64,000 nt of DNA from Bugula neritina. Taxonomy: Eukaryota > Animalia > Bryozoa. Below the pieces are notes generated by a model. That model ran no database searches. It was not told the origin of the DNA and saw only the letters and a list, made by a program, of their open reading frames with translations. The stretch is taken from the NCBI GenBank assembly GCA_964035545.1, contig OZ037767.1, forward strand, positions 6,898,707 to 6,962,706, read 5' to 3'. Made by a program: the position numbers and the translations under genes. This document shows positions 47,604-56,992 of this stretch, in pieces. Every line of letters starts with the position of its first letter. Positions within the stretch are counted from its first letter, which is position 1.

Positions 47604-48968
47604 ATGTATTGTTGTAAGTGTAAAACTAAAACGAAAACTCTTAATTACGAAAAGAGAGTAAGTAAAAATAATAGACTAATGGGTTACGGTAATTGCGGTC
47701 AATGCGGATGTAAAAAGACTACATTTGTTGGGTCGGGTTTAGCTAATAATTTAATAAATAATTTACCCTTTGAATTGCATTATCCGGGTCACAATTTTTT
47801 AGGACCGGGTACTAAATTAAATAAGCGTTTAAATGACGACATGACTCCTAAAGAATGGAGTAAACCGGTAGATCGAGACGACGCTATAGCCATGAGACAT
47901 GACGTATGTTACGCGCTTAATAAAGATACTAAAACTAGAAACGAAATATGTGATAAAAATATGCTAGACGAACTGAAAGCTATACCTAATCCTACACCCG
48001 CTGAACAGCGACACAGTCGTTTCGCCTCGGCAATAATAGGTGCGAAAAAACGCTTAGGATGGGGATGGACGAACGAGTTAGCCGAAGAACTGCATAAACC
48101 GGTACAAAAAAAATTTCGTAAAAGACGAGTTTGGGTATCGGGTATCGATAATATTTGGGCGGCTGACTTGGTTGATATGACTGAATTCGCTAAATTTAAT
48201 AACGGTTATAAATATTTATTAACGGTAATAGACGTGTTTTCAAAATACGGTTGGATAATACCTTTAAAAAATAAGACTGGAAAAGCCGTTGCTTTAGCTT
48301 TAAAAACGATTTTAACTCGTCGTAAGCCACAACATTTATGGGTTGACAAGGGTAAAGAATTTTATAATAAAGACGTAAAGTCTTTAATAGACTTATATTC
48401 TACGGAAAATGAAGAAAAGTCTAGCGTAGTAGAGAGGTGGAATAGAACTATGAAAGAGCGAATGTTTAAATATTTTTCGGCTAATAATACTTATAAATAT
48501 ATAGACGTACTAAAAGATTTAGTAAAACGGTATAACGAGACTAAACATTCGTCTATTGGAATGACACCGATTGAAGCTAGTGATCTTTCTAATGAAAACA
48601 AAGTACGCGTGAAATTATATCCAAACTTACCAGCGCTTTCTAAACCTAAATTCGCTATAGGTGATAGAGTACGTATACCGCGTAAAAAACGAACGTTTGA
48701 AAAAGGTTATACCGTTAGATGGACGGAGGAAGTGTTTACTATAAGTAAAATATTATATACTAATCTGACTACTTATAAATTAACTGACTCGGGTGGAGAA
48801 GAAATTCAAGGATCTTTTTACGAACAGGAATTACAAAAGACGAGTCAAGAAATGTATAGAATAGAGCGCGTAATTAAAAAGAAAGGTAAAAAGGCTTTAG
48901 TAAAATGGTTAGGTTATCCCGATTCTCAAAACTCTTGGGTAAATTTAAACGTTTTAGAACGATTATAG
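47604..48968 (+). CDS. Zn-ribbon + parvovirus-type phospholipase A2 + retroviral-like integrase + chromodomain fusion
   Basis: CCKC...CGQC; HNFLGPG and DAIAMRHDVCY (PLA2 Ca-loop and HDxxY); WAADL, WVDKGKEF, VVERWNRT (DDE); YRIERVIKK...VKWLGYPDSQNSWV chromodomain. Confidence 0.92.
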   Translation: MYCCKCKTKTKTLNYEKRVSKNNRLMGYGNCGQCGCKKTTFVGSGLANNLINNLPFELHYPGHNFLGPGTKLNKRLNDDMTPKEWSKPVDRDDAIAMRHDVCYALNKDTKTRNEICDKNMLDELKAIPNPTPAEQRHSRFASAIIGAKKRLGWGWTNELAEELHKPVQKKFRKRRVWVSGIDNIWAADLVDMTEFAKFNNGYKYLLTVIDVFSKYGWIIPLKNKTGKAVALALKTILTRRKPQHLWVDKGKEFYNKDVKSLIDLYSTENEEKSSVVERWNRTMKERMFKYFSANNTYKYIDVLKDLVKRYNETKHSSIGMTPIEASDLSNENKVRVKLYPNLPALSKPKFAIGDRVRIPRKKRTFEKGYTVRWTEEVFTISKILYTNLTTYKLTDSGGEEIQGSFYEQELQKTSQEMYRIERVIKKKGKKALVKWLGYPDSQNSWVNLNVLERL

Positions 48969-49160
48969 TGGACACAAATGTAGACACAAATGTGGACACT
49001 AGACACAAAAGTGGACACAAACACATTTGTGTCCATAAAAAGTAGACACAAATGTGTTTGTGTCCATAAAAAGTAGACACAAAAGTGGACACAAATGTGT
49101 TTGTGTCCATAAAAAGTAGACACAAAAGTGGACACAAATTAAACGTAAAGTGGACACAAA
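48968..49160. repeat. Intergenic array of GT(G/A)GACACAAA units in both orientations
   Basis: About 11 forward and 3 reverse (TTTGTGTCCA) copies forming repeated imperfect palindromes. Confidence 0.92.
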
Positions 49161-49174
49161 TTAATATATAATAA

Positions 49175-49981
49175 ATGAGTTACTTAAAGATTCACGACCC
49201 TATAAAAAGAGATAAAACCGTACAAGATTTTATTTCTCGAAAGAATAAATTAAAAGAAAATTTTAAACGAGAACGCGAGCGAGAATTAAATGCCGCGATG
49301 GCTCAAGAAAAATATTTTGAACCCGTAATTGCTTCGCAAGCTCAAACGACTGACGCGTTAAAACAATTGCTTACATTACCCAATTATAATGTTCAACCGG
49401 CTATAACGGATGGAGTTATAAATTTAGACGAATTTACTCAAAACGCTTTAGCTGGCTTAGAACCCGGCGCTTATAACGTAAAGTGGGATGGTAATAGACA
49501 CGTTATTGGTACAAAACCTATAAGCTTTAACGATGGTAAAATAATTTTTGAAAATGAAGAATATCCGGCGACTAGAGGACTTTTAAGTCTTTTAACGCGT
49601 AAAACGCCTATAGGATACGATGATAATGATTTAGCGAATTACGCTAATATACTCGATAATAGCGGCGCTATATATCAAAGTAAACACGGTCCTATAGATA
49701 AAAATAGTGAAAAATGGAAAAATATTGTTAGACCTATTTGGGAACAATTATATCCTCAGAGAGCGAAACTCGCCGATAGTAAAAAAGCTAAAAGGCAAGT
49801 CGGTGATGGAGTAGTATATTTATCGTCTGATCCTAACGCTTTAGTAGAACGACTCGAACTTTTAATTTCTAGCGCTAAAGCCGGAAATACGGGGGTACGA
49901 AACGAAATTGTGTCTATATTAGACGAATTACTTAGAATGAAAATTATTACTCGTGACTATTATAAAAGTATTCTCGTATAA
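49175..49981 (+). CDS. Conserved Polinton/adintovirus virion-associated protein of unknown function
   Basis: 268 aa; the C-terminal GDGVVYLSSDPNALVERLELL...KAGNTG.RNEI..ILDEL motif is one I recognise from Polinton proteins. Confidence 0.7.
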   Translation: MSYLKIHDPIKRDKTVQDFISRKNKLKENFKRERERELNAAMAQEKYFEPVIASQAQTTDALKQLLTLPNYNVQPAITDGVINLDEFTQNALAGLEPGAYNVKWDGNRHVIGTKPISFNDGKIIFENEEYPATRGLLSLLTRKTPIGYDDNDLANYANILDNSGAIYQSKHGPIDKNSEKWKNIVRPIWEQLYPQRAKLADSKKAKRQVGDGVVYLSSDPNALVERLELLISSAKAGNTGVRNEIVSILDELLRMKIITRDYYKSILV

Positions 49982-49984
49982 TAA

Positions 49985-50296
49985 ATGTACGTTTACGATA
50001 AAAGACAACGATTACAAAGACACTACGCCGGTGGTGGAATATTTGATACCATTAGGAATGTAGTAACTAAAATAGCTAGTAATTCCAGCGTAAGAGAATT
50101 AGGTAAAAAGGCTATAGCTAAAGCGGGTACCGCGGCCGGTGAAAAAATTGTTAACGCGATTAAAAAAAGAAGACAAAAAAAGTTAAACGCTAAAAGTCAA
50201 GCTATATTACAAAAACTTAATTTAGCTAAAGATATATTAAATAATAATAATATAAGCAATATTTTAGAAGGTTCTGGACAAGCTATAGCTTATTAA
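49985..50296 (+). CDS. Small basic protein with GGG|IF site and amphipathic helix (adenovirus pVI/core-like)
   Basis: YAGGGIFDTIRNVVTKIAS; lies directly upstream of the major capsid gene, as pVI does in adenoviruses. Confidence 0.6.
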   Translation: MYVYDKRQRLQRHYAGGGIFDTIRNVVTKIASNSSVRELGKKAIAKAGTAAGEKIVNAIKKRRQKKLNAKSQAILQKLNLAKDILNNNNISNILEGSGQAIAY

Positions 50297-50317
50297 GAAA
50301 TTATTTTACTATAATAA

Positions 50318-51592
50318 ATGGACTCTCTAAATATTACACAAAAAATTGTACTCGATACGAGCGTAGAGCGTGATCAGGTACACGAATACGAACCCGTAAC
50401 GGGAACGAATTTAAATACTCCCAGTGAAATTAGAATAGTTATTAATCAACAAGATTTGTACGTTCAACCGAGTAAAAGTTATTTGATTATCGAAGGTCGT
50501 TTAACTAAAGCCGACGGAACCGCATACGCCGACGCCGACTTAGTAACGTTAACGAATAATGGTATGGCTTATTTGTTTAAAAGTATTAGATATCAACTCG
50601 ATGGACACGACTTGGAATATATAAATAATCCCGGACACGCTTCGACCATAATGGGTTTACTAACTTATCCCGACGACTACGGTAAGTCGAGAGGTCTTAA
50701 TCAGTTGTGGTCAAAAGACACTACCGCAGCCGCTGCCGCCGCTAATTTAGGTTTTAATGCGCGTCAAATTTATATTATACAAAAGCCAGATCCTAAAGGT
50801 ACTTTTAGTATTAAAGTGGATCTTAGACATTTGTTCGGATTCGCCGATGATTACGAAAAAGTATTATACGGTATAAAACATCAACTAACGCTAGTACGCG
50901 ATACCAACGATAACGCTATTTATAGAGCTAACGGTGTAGACGCGGGAAAAATAACGTTGAATAAAGTGTCGTGGTGGATGCCTCACGTAACGCCTAGTTT
51001 TGAAATGAAGCATAAACTCTATAAAATTATAGAGAGTAAGGCGCAACTACCCCTAATTTATAGATCTAGATGGTGTGATAGTATCGCGGTGCCGCAGACT
51101 ACTAATTTTACGTGGCGTTTGGGTTCTAGAGGAGATACGGAAAAACCTAAATATATTATCGTAGGTTTTCAAACGGATAAAACTGAAAGTCAAACGGCTA
51201 ATCCGGCCGTATTCGATCACGTTAACGTTAAAAGCGTATACGCGATGCTAAACAGCGAGCGGTATCCCGAAGTTGATTACGATATAGATTTTGCTAAAAT
51301 GAAGTTTAGTAGAGTGTACGGAGACGCTTCTAAATTTTGCGGAGAATATTACGGTATAAACGAGCTAATCGCTTATTCAAACGTATTACCTTCGGAATAT
51401 AAAGATCTTTACGCTTTGTTCGTAATAGACGTTAGTAAGCAAAGCGAGGCTCTTAAAAGTAGCGTAGCCGATATTCAATTGAGAGTTCAGTTTAGTCAAA
51501 ATGTACCGGCTAATACTCAAGCTTACGCGCTAATTTTATCGGATAAAACTATGTCTCTCAGTTCCGATGGAAACAATTTAAAAGTTATATAA
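50318..51592 (+). CDS. Major capsid protein (double jelly-roll, hexon-like)
   Basis: 424 aa beta-rich; HEYEP..GTNLN, PSKSYLIIEG, EKPKYIIVGFQT, LNSERYP, LFVIDVSKQ motifs typical of Polinton MCP. Confidence 0.88.
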   Translation: MDSLNITQKIVLDTSVERDQVHEYEPVTGTNLNTPSEIRIVINQQDLYVQPSKSYLIIEGRLTKADGTAYADADLVTLTNNGMAYLFKSIRYQLDGHDLEYINNPGHASTIMGLLTYPDDYGKSRGLNQLWSKDTTAAAAAANLGFNARQIYIIQKPDPKGTFSIKVDLRHLFGFADDYEKVLYGIKHQLTLVRDTNDNAIYRANGVDAGKITLNKVSWWMPHVTPSFEMKHKLYKIIESKAQLPLIYRSRWCDSIAVPQTTNFTWRLGSRGDTEKPKYIIVGFQTDKTESQTANPAVFDHVNVKSVYAMLNSERYPEVDYDIDFAKMKFSRVYGDASKFCGEYYGINELIAYSNVLPSEYKDLYALFVIDVSKQSEALKSSVADIQLRVQFSQNVPANTQAYALILSDKTMSLSSDGNNLKVI

Positions 51593-52349
51593 ATGGATAA
51601 TAGAATTTTAAGAGAAATTGCTGATAATACGGCCTCTAAACAAACGATGACTATAGGAGTTACCGATACTAAAACGAGAATAATTACTCAACTTAATCCG
51701 CCTATAGAATTAAATAAAAAAAAAATAAGAAATGTGTCTTATTAGTTTAGATACGTTTTATTCTTTTCCAAACATTAGTACCGATAGAAATTCCTATAGA
51801 TGGTCTAAAGACGGTGGTACTACGTGGCATTTAGTTTCGTTACCAGTCGGAGTGTACGAATTAGATCAATTAGAAGAAGCTATTCAAGACGAAATAGTAA
51901 AAGAGGGGGGTAATAGAAACGGTATTACTTTACAAGCTAATAAAGTAACTTTTAGAATTATACTTAAATTAAAACCTAATTACCGAATAGATTTTAACGT
52001 TGAAAATTCTTTAAGAGACGTTTTAGGTTTTGACGCGGCGATATATAATCAACCATATATCGAAGCTACAAACATAGTAAATATTTTAAATATAAACGCT
52101 ATACACGTACAAGTTGATTGTATTAACGGAAGTTATATCGATGGTACTTATAAACCCGTTATCTATTCATTTTTTCCGAGCGTTAGTCCGGGATATAAAA
52201 TAATAGAAAAACCTCATAATTTAATATACCTACCCGTTCACGTTAAATATATTAAGACGTTAACCGTTACGGTAACCGATCAAAAAGGTAATTTATTAGA
52301 TCTTAGCGGTGAACAACTTTCGATAAGATTTCATTTAAGAGAAGTTTAA
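51593..52349 (+). pseudogene. Minor capsid protein (penton), split by a frameshift/stop at ~51716-51728
   Basis: ATG 51593 gives MDNRILREIADNT...LNPPIELNKKK; the EMCLISLDTFYSFPNI... body is in the +1 frame behind an A10 run and a TAA. Confidence 0.78.
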
Positions 52350-52361
52350 TGTATTATATAA

Positions 52362-52931
52362 ATGGGTTATTGCGAAATTATAGGAAACGTGCCGCAGGCG
52401 CAAAAACAAAAAATAATGAACGCTTATAGAAGCGGTAAGGGTTGCGTTATTAAATTGCCTCTCGAAAGCGGAAATGATAAACTAGTCGTTACGAAAACGC
52501 AAAACGATAATATTTTAAAAGCGTTAAACGCGAATAAAAAAAATATAACGCTCGAAATGTCTCCGTCGTTAGTAAAAACTAACGCGTCAATGAGCGGAGG
52601 ATTTTTAGGAGCTCTATTGGGTATAGCCACGAGAGTAATACCTACGTTATTAAAAACTATTATACCGGGTGTACTTTCAGGAGCCGCTAGCGCCGGAGTC
52701 GAAAGAGCTATTAAAGGTAAAGGTCTTTATTTGAAAAAAGGCGGATGCGTATGTTCCGTAGAACCTAATTTAAACGGTTCTATTACTTTAAAACCAGTCG
52801 CGTCGTCTAATTTAATGAAGGGTAACGGTTTATATTTAAAACAAGGTTCTAGCTATATAAAAGGCGAAGGTTTAATTTTAGGTCCGAATAGTCCGTTTAA
52901 AAACATTCCTCTTTTAGGTATGCTATTATAG
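52362..52931 (+). CDS. Putative protease-processed, membrane-active core protein
   Basis: MSGG|FLGALLGIATRVIPTLLKTIIPG amphipathic peptide after an adenain-type MxGG site; repeated KGxG|L motifs; SPFKNIPLLGMLL tail. Confidence 0.68.
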   Translation: MGYCEIIGNVPQAQKQKIMNAYRSGKGCVIKLPLESGNDKLVVTKTQNDNILKALNANKKNITLEMSPSLVKTNASMSGGFLGALLGIATRVIPTLLKTIIPGVLSGAASAGVERAIKGKGLYLKKGGCVCSVEPNLNGSITLKPVASSNLMKGNGLYLKQGSSYIKGEGLILGPNSPFKNIPLLGMLL

Positions 52932-52950
52932 TTTAAGAAAACATATATAA

Positions 52951-53343
52951 ATGTCAACAGTAATTACTTATAAAAGCCTCGACGGCACCCCAATTACCGA
53001 AACGATATATAAAACTTCCGAATACGAAAAACGAATGTACGAAAGCGGTGATTTAAAAGAAATAATTATATATAAAAATTTTAATATATTAGACGAAATG
53101 ACTAATCCGTCTAACGAACGTGATTTACTCGAAGAACGCGTTTATACTAATAAAAGAGAAATTATTTATAAAGAAAATGATGGAAAATTAAAAATAAAAA
53201 CTATTTACAAAACTAAAGAAATAATTCAAGAACTTAACGTAGGTTTAATGAATTACGCGGCGGCTAGAATACCGTCATTCTTTACTAAACTAAAATACGC
53301 CGAAGACGAAATAGAAAAAAGAAGAAATGACGCTTTACATTAA
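52951..53343 (+). CDS. Hypothetical accessory protein
   Basis: 130-aa ORF with TAAATG start and element-like codon usage; no recognised motif. Confidence 0.6.
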   Translation: MSTVITYKSLDGTPITETIYKTSEYEKRMYESGDLKEIIIYKNFNILDEMTNPSNERDLLEERVYTNKREIIYKENDGKLKIKTIYKTKEIIQELNVGLMNYAAARIPSFFTKLKYAEDEIEKRRNDALH

Positions 53344-53431
53344 AATATTATAGTTAAAGAAAACATATATAAATATACGGATAATTTTTATATTGAACTT
53401 CCTTTTTTAATTAATTATAATATATAATTAA

Positions 53432-53911
53432 TTAACAAACGTTGTTACGAGCGATTATTATGTCGCTTTTTTTATTCGATATTACGTTATTAATATTTTT
53501 ATATTTTTCGGTTATAGCGTCGTACTCTCGTTCGTCTATATGAGAGTCGCTTAAAAATTTCGATAACATAGAATTAATTTCTAATTTTGAATCTTTTATA
53601 AAGGTATATATATCTAAATACATTAACGTAGATTTAATTAATTTAGTATCTTGAGAAGAAATAGAAGTAGTAATTACGCTCATTATACTTACTATTATAG
53701 ATAATGGTAATAACGTTTGTTTAGTAACGTTAGCGTTTATTAACGCCGTAATAATAACGCCGCATATTAAATTCGTTGTACCGCATAATCCCGAAATTAT
53801 TTTTAACGATTTCGATAGCCAATTAAAATGATTAAGTTTTTGTTCGTATTCGTTTTCTAATTTAATAATTTCATCGTTTAAGAGTTCTAATTTTTCTCGT
53901 CGAAAGTCCAT
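53432..53911 (-). CDS. Two-transmembrane helical protein
   Basis: 159 aa; coiled N-terminus, two hydrophobic segments, C-terminal SKFLSDSHIDEREY; TAAATG start. Confidence 0.65.
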   Translation of the reverse strand: MDFRREKLELLNDEIIKLENEYEQKLNHFNWLSKSLKIISGLCGTTNLICGVIITALINANVTKQTLLPLSIIVSIMSVITTSISSQDTKLIKSTLMYLDIYTFIKDSKLEINSMLSKFLSDSHIDEREYDAITEKYKNINNVISNKKSDIIIARNNVC

Positions 53912-53953
53912 TTATATAAAAAAATGATTTTTATTATTTTATTATTTTATAAT

Positions 53954-54181
53954 ATGAATCTTACCGTTGAATTACTCGATAAACTAATAGCTGAAACCGA
54001 ACAAAAAAAATATACACCGTTACTCGAATATTTATATATACCAGTAATTAATAATATATCTCTTAAAGAAATTAATTTTAGAACGAGAAAACAAATTCCT
54101 AACATTAATAAATATTTTTATATAAAAAGTATTTTAAAACGCGAAGCTTATAAACGAAAAGAAGAAAATAGAGACGTATAA
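53954..54181 (+). CDS. Small hypothetical protein
   Basis: MNLTVELLDKLIAE...; the start could alternatively be 53924; lacks the TAAATG context. Confidence 0.4.
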   Translation: MNLTVELLDKLIAETEQKKYTPLLEYLYIPVINNISLKEINFRTRKQIPNINKYFYIKSILKREAYKRKEENRDV

Positions 54182-54272
54182 CAGCCCACGTTAGTTTCTC
54201 AGTATTATTACTTATTTTACATAAGTAATAATATTAAAAATTGATATTACTATTAAAGAATATATTATATAA

Positions 54273-56992
54273 ATGGAGTTCAATACAAAAATTACCGTAA
54301 AAGCTTTAAAGGCTTTAGCTAAAGAAAGAGGATTGAAACGATATTCTCGATTAAAAAAAGCCGAACTTATACGGCTATTATCGCCTATGGACGAACCCGT
54401 TCCAAATATAGGACAAGCCCCGTTAATACCTACACCCGTAAAAAAAATTATGCGAGAAATATTTACGCAAACTACGCGTAATATAAAAAAATGGGTTATA
54501 AAGCCAATTACAAAAATTATAAATCCAATTAAGGATAAAATTATGGCTTTATATAATCAGCCTAAACTTAAAGAACAAGCCGCTAACGGTTGGTTTCAAA
54601 CTTATGAAATTAAAGGTTTACCCGGATACGATATAGATTCGTTTTGCAAATTAGTAAAACTAAACGTACTAGAGTTATTAAAACCTACTATAAAAGCTAA
54701 AATATTTTTATATTGCGAAGTGAAAAAGCATAATATAAGTACCGGAGAAATTATTATAGAAACTATGCCATTTACATCAAACGTTGAAATTATATTACCT
54801 TCTACGAATGTTGATGAAATATATGATGAAATAATTGAACGTATAAAAGAAAATTTCGCTTCGTTAAACGCTAAAGGAAGTAGTTGGACGTTTAAAGCCA
54901 TTAAAAAAATGGAAATTAATATTAATAAATATCAACCTCTTAACGGATCATCGTGGATTGATCTTCCAAAAGAAATTAAATTAAAGAAAGCCGTAATAAA
55001 TCCAAAAAATAAAGACGATAAATGCTTTATGTGGGCCATTTTAATGGGAGTTTATCCGGTTAATAAAAATGTTGAAAGAATTAGTAATTATAAAGAGCAC
55101 GTTAATAAATTATCGTGGGAAGGAGTAGAATTTCCGGCTACGAAAGAATCCATTGACGCTTTTGAAAAAGTTAATCCCTCAATAGGAATTAATGTATTTA
55201 TGTGGGACAGTAAAACGATAAATTTATGGAGAAAAACTAGCAGTCAGAATAAAATTATAAATTTACTTTATATAACCGATGGCAAAAAAAATCATTATAC
55301 GTATATTAAAAATTTAAATAAATTACTCGGTTCGCAAATAAATAAACGCGTTAACGCTAAACATATTTGCGTAAATTGTATGAATTCGTTTCGATCTAAC
55401 GAATCATTAAAAAAGCATCAAGATTGGTGTTTAAGAAACGATAGCGTGACTACGACATTTCCAAAATTAAAAGATAAAATAAAATTTCAGTCTAGTCATT
55501 ATTGTCGTGGTATGAGAGTACCGTTTGTAGTATACGCGGACTTTGAATGTTTTACAAAGCCTATACAAGGCTGTAATCCTAATTTTAAAGAAAGTTATAC
55601 TAATCAATATCAACAACACGAACCGTCGGGTTTTGGATATTATATAGTAAGCATTACCGGCGAGTGTAATTATAGAAGTTATACTAAAGAAACTGAAGAC
55701 GAAGATATTGGCGAACAATTTATAAGACTATTAGAATTTGACATTAAAAATATTTATAAAAAACATAAATTCGCTAAAACTATGCAAATTACGACTGACG
55801 AGCAAAACTCTTTCGAGTTGGCCGAAATTTGTTATATATGCGAAGAAGAATTAAGTAATGACAGAGTAAGAGATCACTGTCACTTAACCGGAAATTATAG
55901 AGGAGCCGCGCATAAAAATTGTAATTTAAATTATAAAATTCCAAAATTTTATCCAATATTTATTCATAACTTGTCGGGTTATGACGCCCACTTATTTATT
56001 AAAAATTTAGGCGGTGAACCTTCGTGTATACCTAATACCGAAGAAAAATATATATCTTTTAGTAAAAAATTATTAGTAGACGAATTTACCAATAAAGAAG
56101 GTGAAAAAATTAAAGTTACGCGTGAAATTCGCTTTTTAGACTCATATAAATTTATGAGTTCTAGTTTAGCGAGTTTAGTGGCGAATTTAAAACGCGATGA
56201 CTTTAAACACTTAGGTGAATATTATAAAAAAAAACAATTAGACTTGGTATTAAGAAAAGGAGTATTTCCGTATGACTATTTTAATAATCTAAGCGTGTTG
56301 AATGAAACGTCTTTACCACCTAAAGAAAAGTTTTATTCAAGCTTAACCGAGCAAAATATTTCGGAAGAAGATTATATACACGCTCAAAAAGTTTGGCAAG
56401 AATTTAATATGAGAACATTTAAAGAATATCACAACTTATATATGAAAGTTGATGTATTACATTTAGCCGACGTTTTTGAAAACTTTAGAAACGTGTGTTT
56501 AAAATATTACAAATTAGATCCCGCTTGGTACTATACGGCCCCGGGTTTAAGTTGGGACGCTATGCTTAAAACTACTGAATTAAAGTTGGATCCAATTACC
56601 GACGTTAACCAACTACTTTTCTTTGAAAAGGCTATTAGGGGTGGTGTAAGTATGATCAGTCATAGACACGCTAAAGCCAATAATAAGTATATGGAAAATT
56701 ATAACGCTAGCGAACCTAGCAGTTATATTACTTATTTAGACGCTAATAATTTATACGGTTGGGCTATGTCCAAAAATTTACCTACGGGTAATTTTAAGTG
56801 GCTAACCGAAAAGCGATGTAAAAACTTGGAAAAAAGTTTAAACTTTCCACCTAGCTTTTTAGAAGTGGATTTGGAATATCCTAAAGAGTTACACGACTCG
56901 CATAAAGATTATCCGTTTTGCCCCGAAAGGTTAATAATTAACAAAGTAGAAAAGTTAGTGCCAAACTTAAATAATAAAAAAAATTATATTAT
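54273..56992 (+). CDS. Protein-primed family B DNA polymerase, interrupted by BEL insertion
   Basis: N-terminal helix-extension-helix, NPKN.D.KCF...HY (OTU-like Cys/His), C2H2-like finger, ExoI YADFE, EndoVII-like RDHCHLTG.YRGAAH..CN, ExoII HNLSGYD, motif A YLDANNLYG. Motifs B and C are absent because foreign sequence starts after NKKNYI. Confidence 0.95.

Larger units (their letters stand above)
45272..56992. mobile_element. Polinton/Maverick (adintovirus-like) endogenous virus, left part; interrupted by a BEL element
   Basis: AGTAGT terminus; densely packed intronless ORFs for ATPase, rve integrase, capsid proteins and protein-primed PolB; abrupt rise in CpG relative to the flanks. Confidence 0.96.

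Noticed and set aside
48874-49137. Minus-strand ORFs and a CRISPR-like look of the GACACAAA array
   Set aside because: The ORFs are translations of the tandem repeat; there are no unique spacers or cas genes, and the context is eukaryotic.
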